A DNA stretch of 64,000 bases from an uncultured Gammaproteobacteria bacterium (GTDB lineage: Bacteria; Patescibacteriota; Microgenomatia; Levybacterales; GWA1-39-11): positions 28,522 to 92,521 of the forward strand of contig CAZYWG010000002.1 of assembly GCA_964651815.1 (NCBI GenBank), written 5' to 3'. The notes below the pieces were generated by a model. The model saw only the letters and a list, made by a program, of their open reading frames with translations. It searched no databases and was not told the origin of the DNA. Of this stretch, positions 1 to 9,262 are shown in pieces (position 1 is the first letter of the stretch; every line of letters starts with the position of its first letter). The position numbers were made by a program, and so were the translations under genes.

Positions 1-2
1 CT

Positions 3-593
3 GATAGGCTTGATTATACAAAAGGGTTAAAGCACAGATTAACCGCTCTTGACCGCTTTTTTGATAAGAATCCACAATTCAGAAATAAAGTTATATACCT
101 TGGTATTATTGCGCCGTCGCGCGAAGCCGTTCCTTCTTATCAAAAAGTCAGGATGGATGTTGAAGAAATGGCGGTAGATATAAATCTGAAATACGGAAAC
201 AAACAATGGAAACCTATTCATCTGATTTACGACACGTTTAAACGGGCTGAAATCATTAACTTTTATCATAGAGCCGACGCGTGCGTTGTAACTCCCCTTG
301 ACGACGGGATGAATCTTGTTTCAAAAGAATTTGTCGTTGCGTCCTCAATGGCAGCAGACCCTGGCATGCTGGTTCTTTCACAATTTACGGGCAGTGCTAT
401 TGACTTAACTCCAGCTTTAATAGTTAATCCATATGACATTGAACAGGTTGCCGATTCAATTAAAAAGGCAATCCTTATGCCCAAAACCGAGAGAGTAAAA
501 AGAATTAAGCAAATGGCCGCCTCGCTTGACGAAAACAATTTATATACATGGGGAATAGAATTTATCCGTCAAGCAATTCAATCAAAACAATAA
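3..593 (+). CDS. otsA: alpha,alpha-trehalose-phosphate synthase (GT20), C-terminal part; the 5' end lies upstream of the window
   Basis: Frame-3 translation from nt 3 reads DRLDYTKGLKHRL... (RLDYxKG motif). It continues into track ORF 153-593, which carries GMNLVSKEF, LVLSQFTGSA and LIVNPYD motifs typical of OtsA. Confidence 0.75.
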   Translation, partial: DRLDYTKGLKHRLTALDRFFDKNPQFRNKVIYLGIIAPSREAVPSYQKVRMDVEEMAVDINLKYGNKQWKPIHLIYDTFKRAEIINFYHRADACVVTPLDDGMNLVSKEFVVASSMAADPGMLVLSQFTGSAIDLTPALIVNPYDIEQVADSIKKAILMPKTERVKRIKQMAASLDENNLYTWGIEFIRQAIQSKQ

Positions 594-615
594 TCTCAAC
601 TCAAATTCCTTCGTT

Positions 616-1398
616 TTGCAAATCCTAGAGTATGTGATATCATACACTTTTATGGCTACCTACAAATCCCATATGTTGAGCGCTTTCAGAATTATTTTGA
701 GGAATTTTAGAGCAGAGAGTCTTAGGGTAATTTCGCACATATTTTTAATAACATTATTTTTCTGTTTTATATTTGCAACAATACTTACGCTTCGGCTTAG
801 CTCTATTTTAAATGGGCATGTTGAAAAAATTCTTGCCATGGAAAAAAAGAATTCAGTCACACCGGAATTCATTAAAAACCCACTTCCCTCTCCTACGCCA
901 CCCGCAACTCCGGCACCAAAGCTATATTTAAAACCTAAACCGGCAGGTGAAAATCCTACGTGGGGAGTTGCAAAACAAGTAGATACGGTTACTTGGACAA
1001 TGCAACTTGCACAAGACTCCAATATGGCAACTGCTCAAACAATTTTTCTAGCTTTAAATAATTATCGATCTAAGAAAGGGTCAAATGCTCTATCCTGGAA
1101 TGATAAATTGGCAGAAATTGCCCAAAATCGAGCTGCTACGTTTGTAAAATTGGGTAAACTTGATGATCATGCAGGATTTAACTCATATTTTACGGGTCAA
1201 GGACACATGAAAGATATAGGATTAACGGGGGTAGGTGAAAATTCCAGTTTTGGTTATCACCTTGAAGGTGTTCACCTTATTGAGTGGGTTTTTGCAGGAG
1301 ACGCGCCGCACAACAACAATCAGCTCAATCCCGAATGGACAAACGTCGGAATCGGTGTTGACGGATCTGCCGTAGACATTGTGTTTTCAAAAAAGTAA
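616..1398 (+). CDS. membrane-anchored CAP/SCP (PR-1-like, YkwD-type) domain protein with a Pro/Thr-rich linker
   Basis: N-terminal TM helix, PLPSPTPPATPAPK linker and a C-terminal CAP-like block (LALNNYRSKKGSNALSWNDKLAEIAQNRA...HAGF...GENSSFGY). The start is uncertain; the ATG at 652 is an alternative. Confidence 0.6.
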   Translation: MQILEYVISYTFMATYKSHMLSAFRIILRNFRAESLRVISHIFLITLFFCFIFATILTLRLSSILNGHVEKILAMEKKNSVTPEFIKNPLPSPTPPATPAPKLYLKPKPAGENPTWGVAKQVDTVTWTMQLAQDSNMATAQTIFLALNNYRSKKGSNALSWNDKLAEIAQNRAATFVKLGKLDDHAGFNSYFTGQGHMKDIGLTGVGENSSFGYHLEGVHLIEWVFAGDAPHNNNQLNPEWTNVGIGVDGSAVDIVFSKK

Positions 1399-1407
1399 AA
1401 TTTAAAC

Positions 1408-1436
1408 TTGACAACAGATAGAGCTTTTGGTATTCT
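1408..1436 (+). promoter_or_regulatory. putative sigma70-like promoter immediately upstream of guaB (possibly a leaderless transcript)
   Basis: TTGACA at 1408-1413, a 17-nt spacer, then TATTCT at 1431-1436. The guaB ATG at 1442 has no SD. Confidence 0.3.
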
Positions 1437-1441
1437 TAACT

Positions 1442-2587
1442 ATGGAGCCCTCAAATATTATTGTAGGCACAGCCCTCACCTTCAACGATGTTTTACTCGT
1501 TCCCGGTTACACTGATTTTTCAAGATCTGATATTGACCTCACTACAAATTTAACAGGCAACATAAAACTAAAAATCCCATTTATATCATCCCCAATGGAT
1601 ACGGTGACTGAAGCTGGTCTTGCAATAGCACTCGCAGAAATTGGAGGAATTGGAATAATTCACAGGAATTTAACCGTTTCAGAACAAGCAGGCAATGTCA
1701 AAAAAGTGAAAGACAAAAATTTGCTTGTCGGGGCAGCAATAGGGCCAAGTTCTGGCTTTGAAGAAAGGGCAAAAGCGCTTATCACTGCCGGAGTAGATGT
1801 AATCGTTGTTGATTCCGCCCATGGATTTACAAATTCAACAATTGAAACCATAAAATTTCTCAAGAAAAATTATTCAGGGATTCAAATTATTGCCGGAAGT
1901 ATTGCAACTTATGACGGCGCTATGGGATTAATTCAGGCGGGTGCTGATGCGCTCAGAGTAGGAATGGGGCCGGGAGCAATTTGTACAACCAGAGTAATTT
2001 CAGGAATGGGGGTCCCCCAAATTACGGCACTAATTGAAACTTCTCGTGCAGCAAAAAAAAGCGGAATACCAATAATTGCAGACGGCGGAATTACACATTC
2101 GGGTGACATTACAAAAGCGTTGGGGGCAGGCGCATCAAGTATTATGATGGGGTCATTTTTTGCCTCAGCGTCAGAATCTCCTGGTAAAAAAACTACACTG
2201 ACTACAGAACAAGTGCCTCATCGTTTTAAAAGCATTTTTAATCACTCGGGAAAATACGTTTTTAAAGAATATCGTGGCATGGGATCTGAAGCTGCCATGC
2301 AAAAAGGGGCAAAAATTAAATCGGAAAGTGAGTTTCATGGAAAAAGTTATAAGGATAGAACTCTGATTGCAGAAGGCGTTGAAGGGCTAGTGCCGGTAAA
2401 AGGGACGGTTGCAGAACTTGTTGAAATGGCTGTTGGGGGAATCAAATCAGGTTTTTATTATTGCGGAGCAAAATCAATTTCCGAACTACATAAATCTGCT
2501 CGCTTTATACAGATAACACAGGCGTCGCTTACCGAATCCCATCCTCATGATATCTTAGTAACAAACGCAGGAAAAAGTTATACATGA
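1442..2587 (+). CDS. guaB: IMP dehydrogenase (short form without the CBS subdomain) / IMPDH-GMP reductase family
   Basis: The track ORF starts at TTG 1427. The start was moved to the in-frame ATG at 1442 (MEPSNII...TFNDVLLVPGY). Motifs: GIGIIHRN, IVVDSAHG, catalytic loop GMGPGAICTTR, GSEAAM. The stop overlaps guaA (ATGA). Confidence 0.85.
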   Translation: MEPSNIIVGTALTFNDVLLVPGYTDFSRSDIDLTTNLTGNIKLKIPFISSPMDTVTEAGLAIALAEIGGIGIIHRNLTVSEQAGNVKKVKDKNLLVGAAIGPSSGFEERAKALITAGVDVIVVDSAHGFTNSTIETIKFLKKNYSGIQIIAGSIATYDGAMGLIQAGADALRVGMGPGAICTTRVISGMGVPQITALIETSRAAKKSGIPIIADGGITHSGDITKALGAGASSIMMGSFFASASESPGKKTTLTTEQVPHRFKSIFNHSGKYVFKEYRGMGSEAAMQKGAKIKSESEFHGKSYKDRTLIAEGVEGLVPVKGTVAELVEMAVGGIKSGFYYCGAKSISELHKSARFIQITQASLTESHPHDILVTNAGKSYT

Positions 2588-4110
2588 TTTTAATAGTCGA
2601 TTTTGGTTCTCAAACGACACACTTAATAAAAAGAAGGCTTACTGACCTTGGTATTGTCTCGGAAATCATTCACCCCGAAAACGCTTTAGCAGAAATTAAA
2701 AAAGTCGCACCGTCCGGAATTATTCTCTCGGGAGGCCCCGCGTCGGTATATGAAAAAGACGCGCCGTCTTTAGACAAAAGCATCTTTCAACTCAACATAC
2801 CCATCCTTGGAATATGTTATGGCATGCAACTTACATCTCATTTACTTGGGGGTAATGTTGTGTCCGGAAGAAAAGAATACGGCCCGGCAAAAATGTCAAT
2901 TGTCAGTGGTCAATCGTCAATTGTCAATGGATTATCTAATCAATCTACTGTCTGGATGTCACACGGAGATGAAGTCAAATCTGTTCCCAAAGATTTTGAA
3001 ACTATCGCATCAACAGAAACTGTACCTTTTGCATTTGTCGCAAATTTCAAAACTAAAAATTTTGGTGTCCAATTCCACCCGGAGGTAGAACACACGGAAG
3101 AAGGAATTAAAATTCTCACTAATTTTTTAAGAATTTGTGAGATCGTGGGAGAAAAGAAAAAAATCAACGTTACAGATCTGGTTGATAACATAAAACAAAT
3201 AGCTCGGGACAATTACGTTATCGGTGCAATCTCTGGCGGTGTTGATTCAACTGTCGCCGGGACTTTAGTTGCCAGAGCGATAGGGGATAAATTCATCCCT
3301 GTTTATGTTGAAAATGGATTGATGCGTCCTAGAACGGCTGATCATGTCAAGAAAATTTTCAAAAAATTTGGGATACAGCCCATTATTGTTAACTGTGAAG
3401 ACGAGATGCTTATGATTTTGAAAGGGGTAACTGACCCTGAAAAAAAAAGAAAAATCATAGGTAACTTTTATATTGAGATATTCGATAGAGAAGTTGAAAA
3501 ATTAAAAAAATCTAGCAAAGATATAAAATTTTTACTTCAAGGAACAATTTATTCGGACGTCATTGAGTCACAGGGGACAAAAAATGCTGACAAAATTAAA
3601 AGTCATCACAATGTTGGTGGACTACCTGCCGACATGAAACTAAAGCTTCTTGAACCGCTAAGATTTTTTTATAAAGACGAGGTCCGGGCAATTGGAAAAG
3701 AATTGGGGTTGTCTGACGAATTTGTGTGGAAGCAGGTTTTCCCAGGACCCGGCTATGCTGTGAGAATACGTGGAGAAGTGACTGCTGAAAGGCTTGAGAA
3801 AATTAAAATGGCAGATGAAATAATTTTGGAAGAACTTGAGAATTCAAAGCTTTTGAATAAGGTATTTATGTCTTTTCCTATTATGACCGGTGCTTCATCT
3901 GTTGCTGTTAAGGGCGACGGGCGGTTTTTTGGGGAAGTAATTGCATTAAGGATTGTGGAATCAAAAGACGTCATGACAGCCGTCTGGGCCAATATTCCTT
4001 ATGACGTTTTGCAAAGAATTTCAAGCCGGATTGTCAACGAAGTCCCTCAAATTTCCCGAGTTGTTTATGACATCTCCACCAAACCTCCGGCAACTATGGA
4101 GTGGGAGTAA
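2584..4110 (+). CDS. guaA: GMP synthase (glutamine-hydrolysing)
   Basis: Class I GATase N-terminus (ILIVDFGSQTTHLI, GICYGMQL, HPE), PP-loop SGGVDSTV and a C-terminal GMP synthase domain. Confidence 0.92.
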   Translation: MILIVDFGSQTTHLIKRRLTDLGIVSEIIHPENALAEIKKVAPSGIILSGGPASVYEKDAPSLDKSIFQLNIPILGICYGMQLTSHLLGGNVVSGRKEYGPAKMSIVSGQSSIVNGLSNQSTVWMSHGDEVKSVPKDFETIASTETVPFAFVANFKTKNFGVQFHPEVEHTEEGIKILTNFLRICEIVGEKKKINVTDLVDNIKQIARDNYVIGAISGGVDSTVAGTLVARAIGDKFIPVYVENGLMRPRTADHVKKIFKKFGIQPIIVNCEDEMLMILKGVTDPEKKRKIIGNFYIEIFDREVEKLKKSSKDIKFLLQGTIYSDVIESQGTKNADKIKSHHNVGGLPADMKLKLLEPLRFFYKDEVRAIGKELGLSDEFVWKQVFPGPGYAVRIRGEVTAERLEKIKMADEIILEELENSKLLNKVFMSFPIMTGASSVAVKGDGRFFGEVIALRIVESKDVMTAVWANIPYDVLQRISSRIVNEVPQISRVVYDISTKPPATMEWE

Positions 4111-4111
4111 C

Positions 4112-4756
4112 TCAAACAAGCTTCCTAACTCTTTCCAACAAATCCAGAAAATTGTTAAACTCAAAATCAGGATTTGTTTTTCTATAAACATCGAGATTTA
4201 TAAAAGACATATTTGTATGTGGGATAAACAATGCCGTCATTGTTCCGGCATTTTTACCTGTAAGGATATCCCAGTTGGTATCACCCACCAATAGAGTTTC
4301 ATTCGGTGTTACGCCGAGATCATCCATTGCAATATTTGCAATCTCTGGATCTGGTTTACTTTTTTTAACATTGTCCCCTCCCCACACAGACTCAAAAAAA
4401 TTATTAAGTTTTAGTTTTTTTAACTGATTAATAATTCTATAACTCTCCGAAAACGATATGATTGCCATTTTTATCGACAATTTTTTAAACTCCGCGAGCG
4501 TCAGGTCAATATCTTGATGTTTTTCAAGGTTCTCATATGCTTCGTCGAGATATTTCTCGTAGAGCTTAAAACGCTCGGCATTAAGTTGATATTTTTCATC
4601 TTTTTCACTTTCAACTTGGTAAAATATTTTTTCAACTACTTCCTTATCCGTAAGGTCTGATCCGGTTTCAAAAAAACTTCTTTTCCAAGCATGCAAATGA
4701 TGTTTCAATGAATCCACAATTGTGCCATCAAAATCAAATAAAACTGCTTTTAACAT
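4112..4756 (-). CDS. HAD-superfamily hydrolase (phosphatase / beta-PGM-like)
   Basis: N-terminal DxD motif MLKAVLFDFDGTIVDS, and LLVGDTNWDILTGKNAG (motif III/IV). Confidence 0.75.
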   Translation of the reverse strand: MLKAVLFDFDGTIVDSLKHHLHAWKRSFFETGSDLTDKEVVEKIFYQVESEKDEKYQLNAERFKLYEKYLDEAYENLEKHQDIDLTLAEFKKLSIKMAIISFSESYRIINQLKKLKLNNFFESVWGGDNVKKSKPDPEIANIAMDDLGVTPNETLLVGDTNWDILTGKNAGTMTALFIPHTNMSFINLDVYRKTNPDFEFNNFLDLLERVRKLV

Positions 4757-4773
4757 AGTGATATAATTATATC

Positions 4774-5097
4774 ATGGCAACTATTGAGGATTTTCAAAAG
4801 CTCGAATTTAAAACAGGCAAAATATTGTCTGCAGAAAGCGTTGAGGGATCTGAAAAATTAGTTCGACTTCAAGTTGATGTTGGAGAAGAAACATCACGAA
4901 ATATTTTTGCCGGAATAATAAAGTTTTATACGCCCGAGGACCTTGTAGGAAAAACTGTCATAGTTGTTGCAAATTTGGAACCGCGCAAAATGATGGGCTC
5001 GGAATCTCAGGGGATGCTTCTTGCAGCAGACGGTGGAGAAAAACCAATACTCTTAACTACTACAGAGCCTGTAGAACCGGGAGCAAAAATTAGGTAG
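4774..5097 (+). CDS. tRNA-binding domain protein (CsaA/Trbp111/MetRS C-terminal-like)
   Basis: FKTGKILSAESVEGSEKLVRLQVDVGEE...VANLEPRKMMGSESQGMLLAA matches the OB-fold tRNA-binding family. Confidence 0.75.
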   Translation: MATIEDFQKLEFKTGKILSAESVEGSEKLVRLQVDVGEETSRNIFAGIIKFYTPEDLVGKTVIVVANLEPRKMMGSESQGMLLAADGGEKPILLTTTEPVEPGAKIR

Positions 5098-5485
5098 ACA
5101 ACCCCAAAAGTTTTAGAACATACGGAAGAAAAATATAAATCCCAACAATTGCCGCGCCAATTGAAACAACCAAGACCATTCCTGCCGCAACATCTTTTGC
5201 TATTTTTGCCTCTTGTTTATGTTCTGATGTTATCAAATCAGTCATCTCTTCAAGTGCGGTATTAATCATTTCTGCAGACAATACCAAAATAATCATGACT
5301 ATCAAATCTACAAATTCATCTTTCTGAATACGGAAGAAAAAACCCGCCGCTAAAACCAGAGCAGCAACTACCAAGTGAATTTGCATGTTTCGGTTTTCTC
5401 GAATTGCATGATTTATTCCCGAAAAAGCAAACCCGAAAGAATAAACAATTTTGACCTTTTTTTCCATACTACAAATATAGCACAA
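5090..5485 (-). CDS. dgkA: diacylglycerol kinase / undecaprenol kinase (DgkA family)
   Basis: NxxIHLVVAALVL...SAEMINTALEEM...AKDVAAG pattern with 3 TM helices, as in prokaryotic DAGK. Confidence 0.75.
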   Translation of the reverse strand: MCYICSMEKKVKIVYSFGFAFSGINHAIRENRNMQIHLVVAALVLAAGFFFRIQKDEFVDLIVMIILVLSAEMINTALEEMTDLITSEHKQEAKIAKDVAAGMVLVVSIGAAIVGIYIFLPYVLKLLGLST

Positions 5486-6050
5486 TACCGTAAGCGATTA
5501 AAACGACAGCAATTCCAAAGATTGTCCCTACAACTACTTCGCGAGGCGTATGCCTTTTTAGAATTAGCCTTGACCAAGCGACCACGGGCGTGAATAGAAG
5601 TATAACCCAAAATAAACCTCCATATAAAATTCCCATAGCCGTTGCGAAACCAACAAATATTGCAAGATGCATGCTTGCTTTAACTTTAGTATTTATTATT
5701 TCGGCAAGAATTATTCCAAAAAACAACGTCGCAAGCCCCACAAAAATAATTTTTGGACCATTGAAAAAGATAACAATTAAAAGGTAAATGAAACAAACGG
5801 CTCCGGTAAATAAAAAAAGTTTAGGTCTCTGGCGGCGGTCTGAAACATCTAGGTTTGTAAAAAATCCTTTCCTTACACCGTAGTAAACAAACGCCCCAAC
5901 AATTGAAACAAAAACCAAAGAAACTATAGACCAGGTAAGTGCAGTAGATTCGCTACCAGTAGTTTTAAGAATAATTATGTAGCAAAATGGAATAGCAATA
6001 ACTAGAGGACTTGCAATAGCAGAAATAAGTTGGGCAATAAATAAAATCAT
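5469..6050 (-). CDS. polytopic membrane protein, PAP2-like phosphatase (possibly a lipid-phosphate or undecaprenyl-PP phosphatase)
   Basis: Degenerate PAP2 motifs in order: RRQRP, SMH, and SRLILKRHTPRE (SRx5Hx3E). Six predicted TM helices. Overlaps dgkA by 17 nt. Confidence 0.45.
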   Translation of the reverse strand: MILFIAQLISAIASPLVIAIPFCYIIILKTTGSESTALTWSIVSLVFVSIVGAFVYYGVRKGFFTNLDVSDRRQRPKLFLFTGAVCFIYLLIVIFFNGPKIIFVGLATLFFGIILAEIINTKVKASMHLAIFVGFATAMGILYGGLFWVILLFTPVVAWSRLILKRHTPREVVVGTIFGIAVVLIAYGIVLYL

Positions 6051-7291
6051 TTAATTCTTGAGAGGCTTTCCTCTCGCCCCAATGCTTCTAAAAAGTCTGG
6101 GAGTGGTAATCCATGCTCGCGGCCTGTAAAAATTTTATAAAGAACCGGCATTTTTATTTTATTATTTTCCATGATTTTTTTAAACGCCTCGAAAATCTTA
6201 TCTTTTAACCATTCAGTGTCGCTTATTTTACTTAGCTCTGATAATAATTCTTTCTGTACCGGCTCGTTTGAATTCTCTTTTGAGCTTTTTTCAACAAAAT
6301 TTTTAAAATCCATAAGCGTCGTCATTCTTGTTTTAGCAAGTTTTATGATTGCATCGTTTTGAACATATTTTCCGATTTCATTCTCATTTTTATAAAAGTC
6401 TAAAAGTTTTATTTTTAATTCCTCGTCCGAAATTTTCTCACGCATATACAGTCCGTTCATCCATTCCAATTTTTTAGGATCAAATATTGGACTTGCAGTA
6501 TTCACATGTTCTAGATCGAAGAGTTCAACCATTTCAGGAATGGACATTAATTCCCTATCTCCACCAGGACTCCATCCAAGAAGTGCCATATAATTAAGAA
6601 GCGCTTCAGGTAAATATCCTTTGTCTCGATAATCTAGAGCAGACTCTGCCCCATGCCTCTTAGACAATTTAGAATGGTCGGATCCCAATATAACAGGCAG
6701 ATGACAAAATACAGGGTGCTGCCAACCAAAAGCCTTATATAAAAGGATGTGTTTTGGGGTTGATGATATCCATTCGTCCCCGCGAATTACATGGCTTATT
6801 TCCATCAAATGGTCGTCAATAACATTTGCGAGATGATAAGTTGGAAAACCATCAGACTTTAGAATTACAAAATCTTCAAGGTCATCAGATTTAAAAGAAA
6901 TTTCTTTCTCTCCGACGGCATCTTTCCACTCAACAATCTTTCCTTTTGGAATTTTAAATCTTACCGCACCTTCATCTTGATATGCCAATTCTTTTAAAAG
7001 CAGTTCTTCTGTATGTTTTCTATAAATATCAAGTCTCTCCGACTGTTTATATTTTTCATCATATGTAATTCCGAGCCATTTAAGGATTTCAAAAATTGCC
7101 TCTTCAGATCCCGTTACAAGCCTCGCTTGGTCAGTGTCCTCAATTCTTAAAATAAAGTCACCATTATTATGTCTTGAAAACAAATAATTAAAAAACGCGG
7201 TTCTAGTATTTCCTATGTGTGGAATCCCTGTGGGACTTGGTGGAAAACGAACTCTAACTTTTTTATTCATACGCTTGATTTTATCATACAA
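6047..7291 (-). CDS. gltX: glutamate--tRNA ligase (short form)
   Basis: RFPPSPTGIPHIGNTRTAFFNYLF...LRIEDTD (HIGH region) and KLSKRHG (KMSKS). Confidence 0.9.
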   Translation of the reverse strand: MYDKIKRMNKKVRVRFPPSPTGIPHIGNTRTAFFNYLFSRHNNGDFILRIEDTDQARLVTGSEEAIFEILKWLGITYDEKYKQSERLDIYRKHTEELLLKELAYQDEGAVRFKIPKGKIVEWKDAVGEKEISFKSDDLEDFVILKSDGFPTYHLANVIDDHLMEISHVIRGDEWISSTPKHILLYKAFGWQHPVFCHLPVILGSDHSKLSKRHGAESALDYRDKGYLPEALLNYMALLGWSPGGDRELMSIPEMVELFDLEHVNTASPIFDPKKLEWMNGLYMREKISDEELKIKLLDFYKNENEIGKYVQNDAIIKLAKTRMTTLMDFKNFVEKSSKENSNEPVQKELLSELSKISDTEWLKDKIFEAFKKIMENNKIKMPVLYKIFTGREHGLPLPDFLEALGREESLSRIK

Positions 7292-7340
7292 ACTTTCCTA
7301 TACTCAATGTGAGGCATCTTTTGATTTTCAAATTCATACT

Positions 7341-8369
7341 ATGGCTAAACTTGCAGATATTACATCGGAAACGAGAATTGTTCTTAAAATATTGGCAGGT
7401 TCACTTATTACCGTAATTGCTCTCTTCTTAATCCTAAAGGGTGGAATAATATTTAAAACTATATTTTTCCCTGCACCAACTCCTCCTCCACAAGAGCAAT
7501 TTGGGAAATTACCATTCCCTGCATTTCCTAAACAAGATCATGTGAGTTTCGACTATCAAATTAACACCATAGACGGAAAACTACCAGATTTCCCACCATA
7601 CAGAATGAACATTTATAAAATCTTTGAAAATCAGCCTAGTCTTGTTGCTCTCCAAAATGCCAGGTCTACCATGCAAAATGCAGGTTTCTTCCAGGATGAG
7701 ACAAAATTAAATGATTCAATATATCAGTGGTCTGATTCAAATGGAAACACAATTCAATATGATATATTTACCAATAACTTTAAAGTTTCTTCTAATTTAA
7801 GTGCTTCAGGCAATGGTATTTCATTGACAAAAGAATCTGCATTACAAGGGGCAAACAATTTTTTGGGCAACGTTTCAGAAGATACATCTGACATAAATCA
7901 GGATAAATCGACACTGTTATATCTTAAACTTGATAATGGAAATCTAGTTCAGGCAGAGGGGCAAACCGACGCACAGTTTGCCAAAATAAACTTGTTTCAA
8001 AACGACTTAAACAAATATCCAATTTACTACCCAGAAGGGGCTGAATCTTCAATGTATTTCATTTTCCGAGATGACTCGGGGTTCCCTAAGTTAGTCAACG
8101 CAGGCTATTTTCATTTTCTTCCTGACTTAAAAACCTTCTCAGATTATCCAATAAAATCGGCCGAGCAAGCATTTGAGGATCTAAAAAAAGGAAATGCATA
8201 CGTTGTAACTGGCGTTAAACAGGGGAGTACTATTGATATTCTAAATGTAACCCTTGGATATTATATTGGGGAAGGGAAGCAGGATTATTTTCTTCCGGTT
8301 ATTGTTTTCTCAGGAAACGGATTTACGGCTTACGTTCCGGCAATTCCCAATGAATTAATACAACAGTAA
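7341..8369 (+). CDS. hypothetical membrane-anchored extracytoplasmic protein
   Basis: The track ORF starts at 7215 and would overlap the gltX start. The internal ATG at 7341 is followed by a signal-anchor (ILAGSLITVIALFLIL) and a PAPTPPPQ linker. No recognised domain. Confidence 0.5.
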   Translation: MAKLADITSETRIVLKILAGSLITVIALFLILKGGIIFKTIFFPAPTPPPQEQFGKLPFPAFPKQDHVSFDYQINTIDGKLPDFPPYRMNIYKIFENQPSLVALQNARSTMQNAGFFQDETKLNDSIYQWSDSNGNTIQYDIFTNNFKVSSNLSASGNGISLTKESALQGANNFLGNVSEDTSDINQDKSTLLYLKLDNGNLVQAEGQTDAQFAKINLFQNDLNKYPIYYPEGAESSMYFIFRDDSGFPKLVNAGYFHFLPDLKTFSDYPIKSAEQAFEDLKKGNAYVVTGVKQGSTIDILNVTLGYYIGEGKQDYFLPVIVFSGNGFTAYVPAIPNELIQQ

Positions 8370-9257
8370 TTTAATTTTGCGGACAGCTCCATCAATAATC
8401 TTTTCAGTATCACCAAATCTGTCTTGACCGTTTAAAACATCTACTATATAAGTCCTATCACCTTGGTTTATAGAAGTAACAAGTACATCTCCTGCCTCAT
8501 CAGTATGTCCGGTTTTTATACCGGTAACGCCATTTTGGCCAAGGAGAATATTGAGATTGTTTAAAACATGAGGAGTTTTACCCGTTAAATCATAAACAGT
8601 TTTATTTTTTGTGGCGACAATTTTTGCAAAAGTATTGTTTTGGATTGCATACGCTCCAAGTCTTGCCAAATCATATGCGGTTGTAAAATTTTGGTCATCA
8701 TATCCGTCAGGATCAAAAAAACGCGTATTTGATAATTTCAGCGTTTCAGCTTTTTCATTCATTTTAGCAACAAACGCGTCAACTCCCCCCGGATAATTTT
8801 CTGCCAAAACATACGCGGCGTCGTTACCAGACGGTAGCATCATTCCATAAATTAGATTAATAACAGTCATTTGTTCCCCCTCCGTAAGTCCCATTTTTGA
8901 ACTATCAGCACTAATTGTTGCTATGTTTCGTGCAGTTAATACCTGGTCTGGTCTGTAAGAATTAAGCGCAATTAATGCAGCCATAATTTTTGCTGTGGAC
9001 GCCGGAGCAAACCTTAAATTTTGGTTTTTACCCGAGATTACTGAACGCGCTGCCGTGTCATAAATTATATAGGCTTTTGAATCAAGACTAATAAGTCCCA
9101 CATTTTTAAGATATGGGATGACACTTTCAGAATTGCTACTTATTGTTACGATTGAATTACGGTCAACAAGTGATTTGAAGTAAATCACGCCGGCAATAAG
9201 ACTTAAATTAACAAAAATTAAAATCAAGAGTGTACTTTTTTTAAGAAGGGGCCTCAT
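8355..9257 (-). CDS. dacA: D-alanyl-D-alanine carboxypeptidase (peptidase S11, PBP5/6-like)
   Basis: Active-site triad motifs SxxK (ASTAK), SxN (LPSGNDAA) and KTG (KTGHTDEAG), plus an N-terminal signal anchor. Confidence 0.8.
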   Translation of the reverse strand: MRPLLKKSTLLILIFVNLSLIAGVIYFKSLVDRNSIVTISSNSESVIPYLKNVGLISLDSKAYIIYDTAARSVISGKNQNLRFAPASTAKIMAALIALNSYRPDQVLTARNIATISADSSKMGLTEGEQMTVINLIYGMMLPSGNDAAYVLAENYPGGVDAFVAKMNEKAETLKLSNTRFFDPDGYDDQNFTTAYDLARLGAYAIQNNTFAKIVATKNKTVYDLTGKTPHVLNNLNILLGQNGVTGIKTGHTDEAGDVLVTSINQGDRTYIVDVLNGQDRFGDTEKIIDGAVRKIKLLLY

Positions 9258-9262
9258 AAAAT

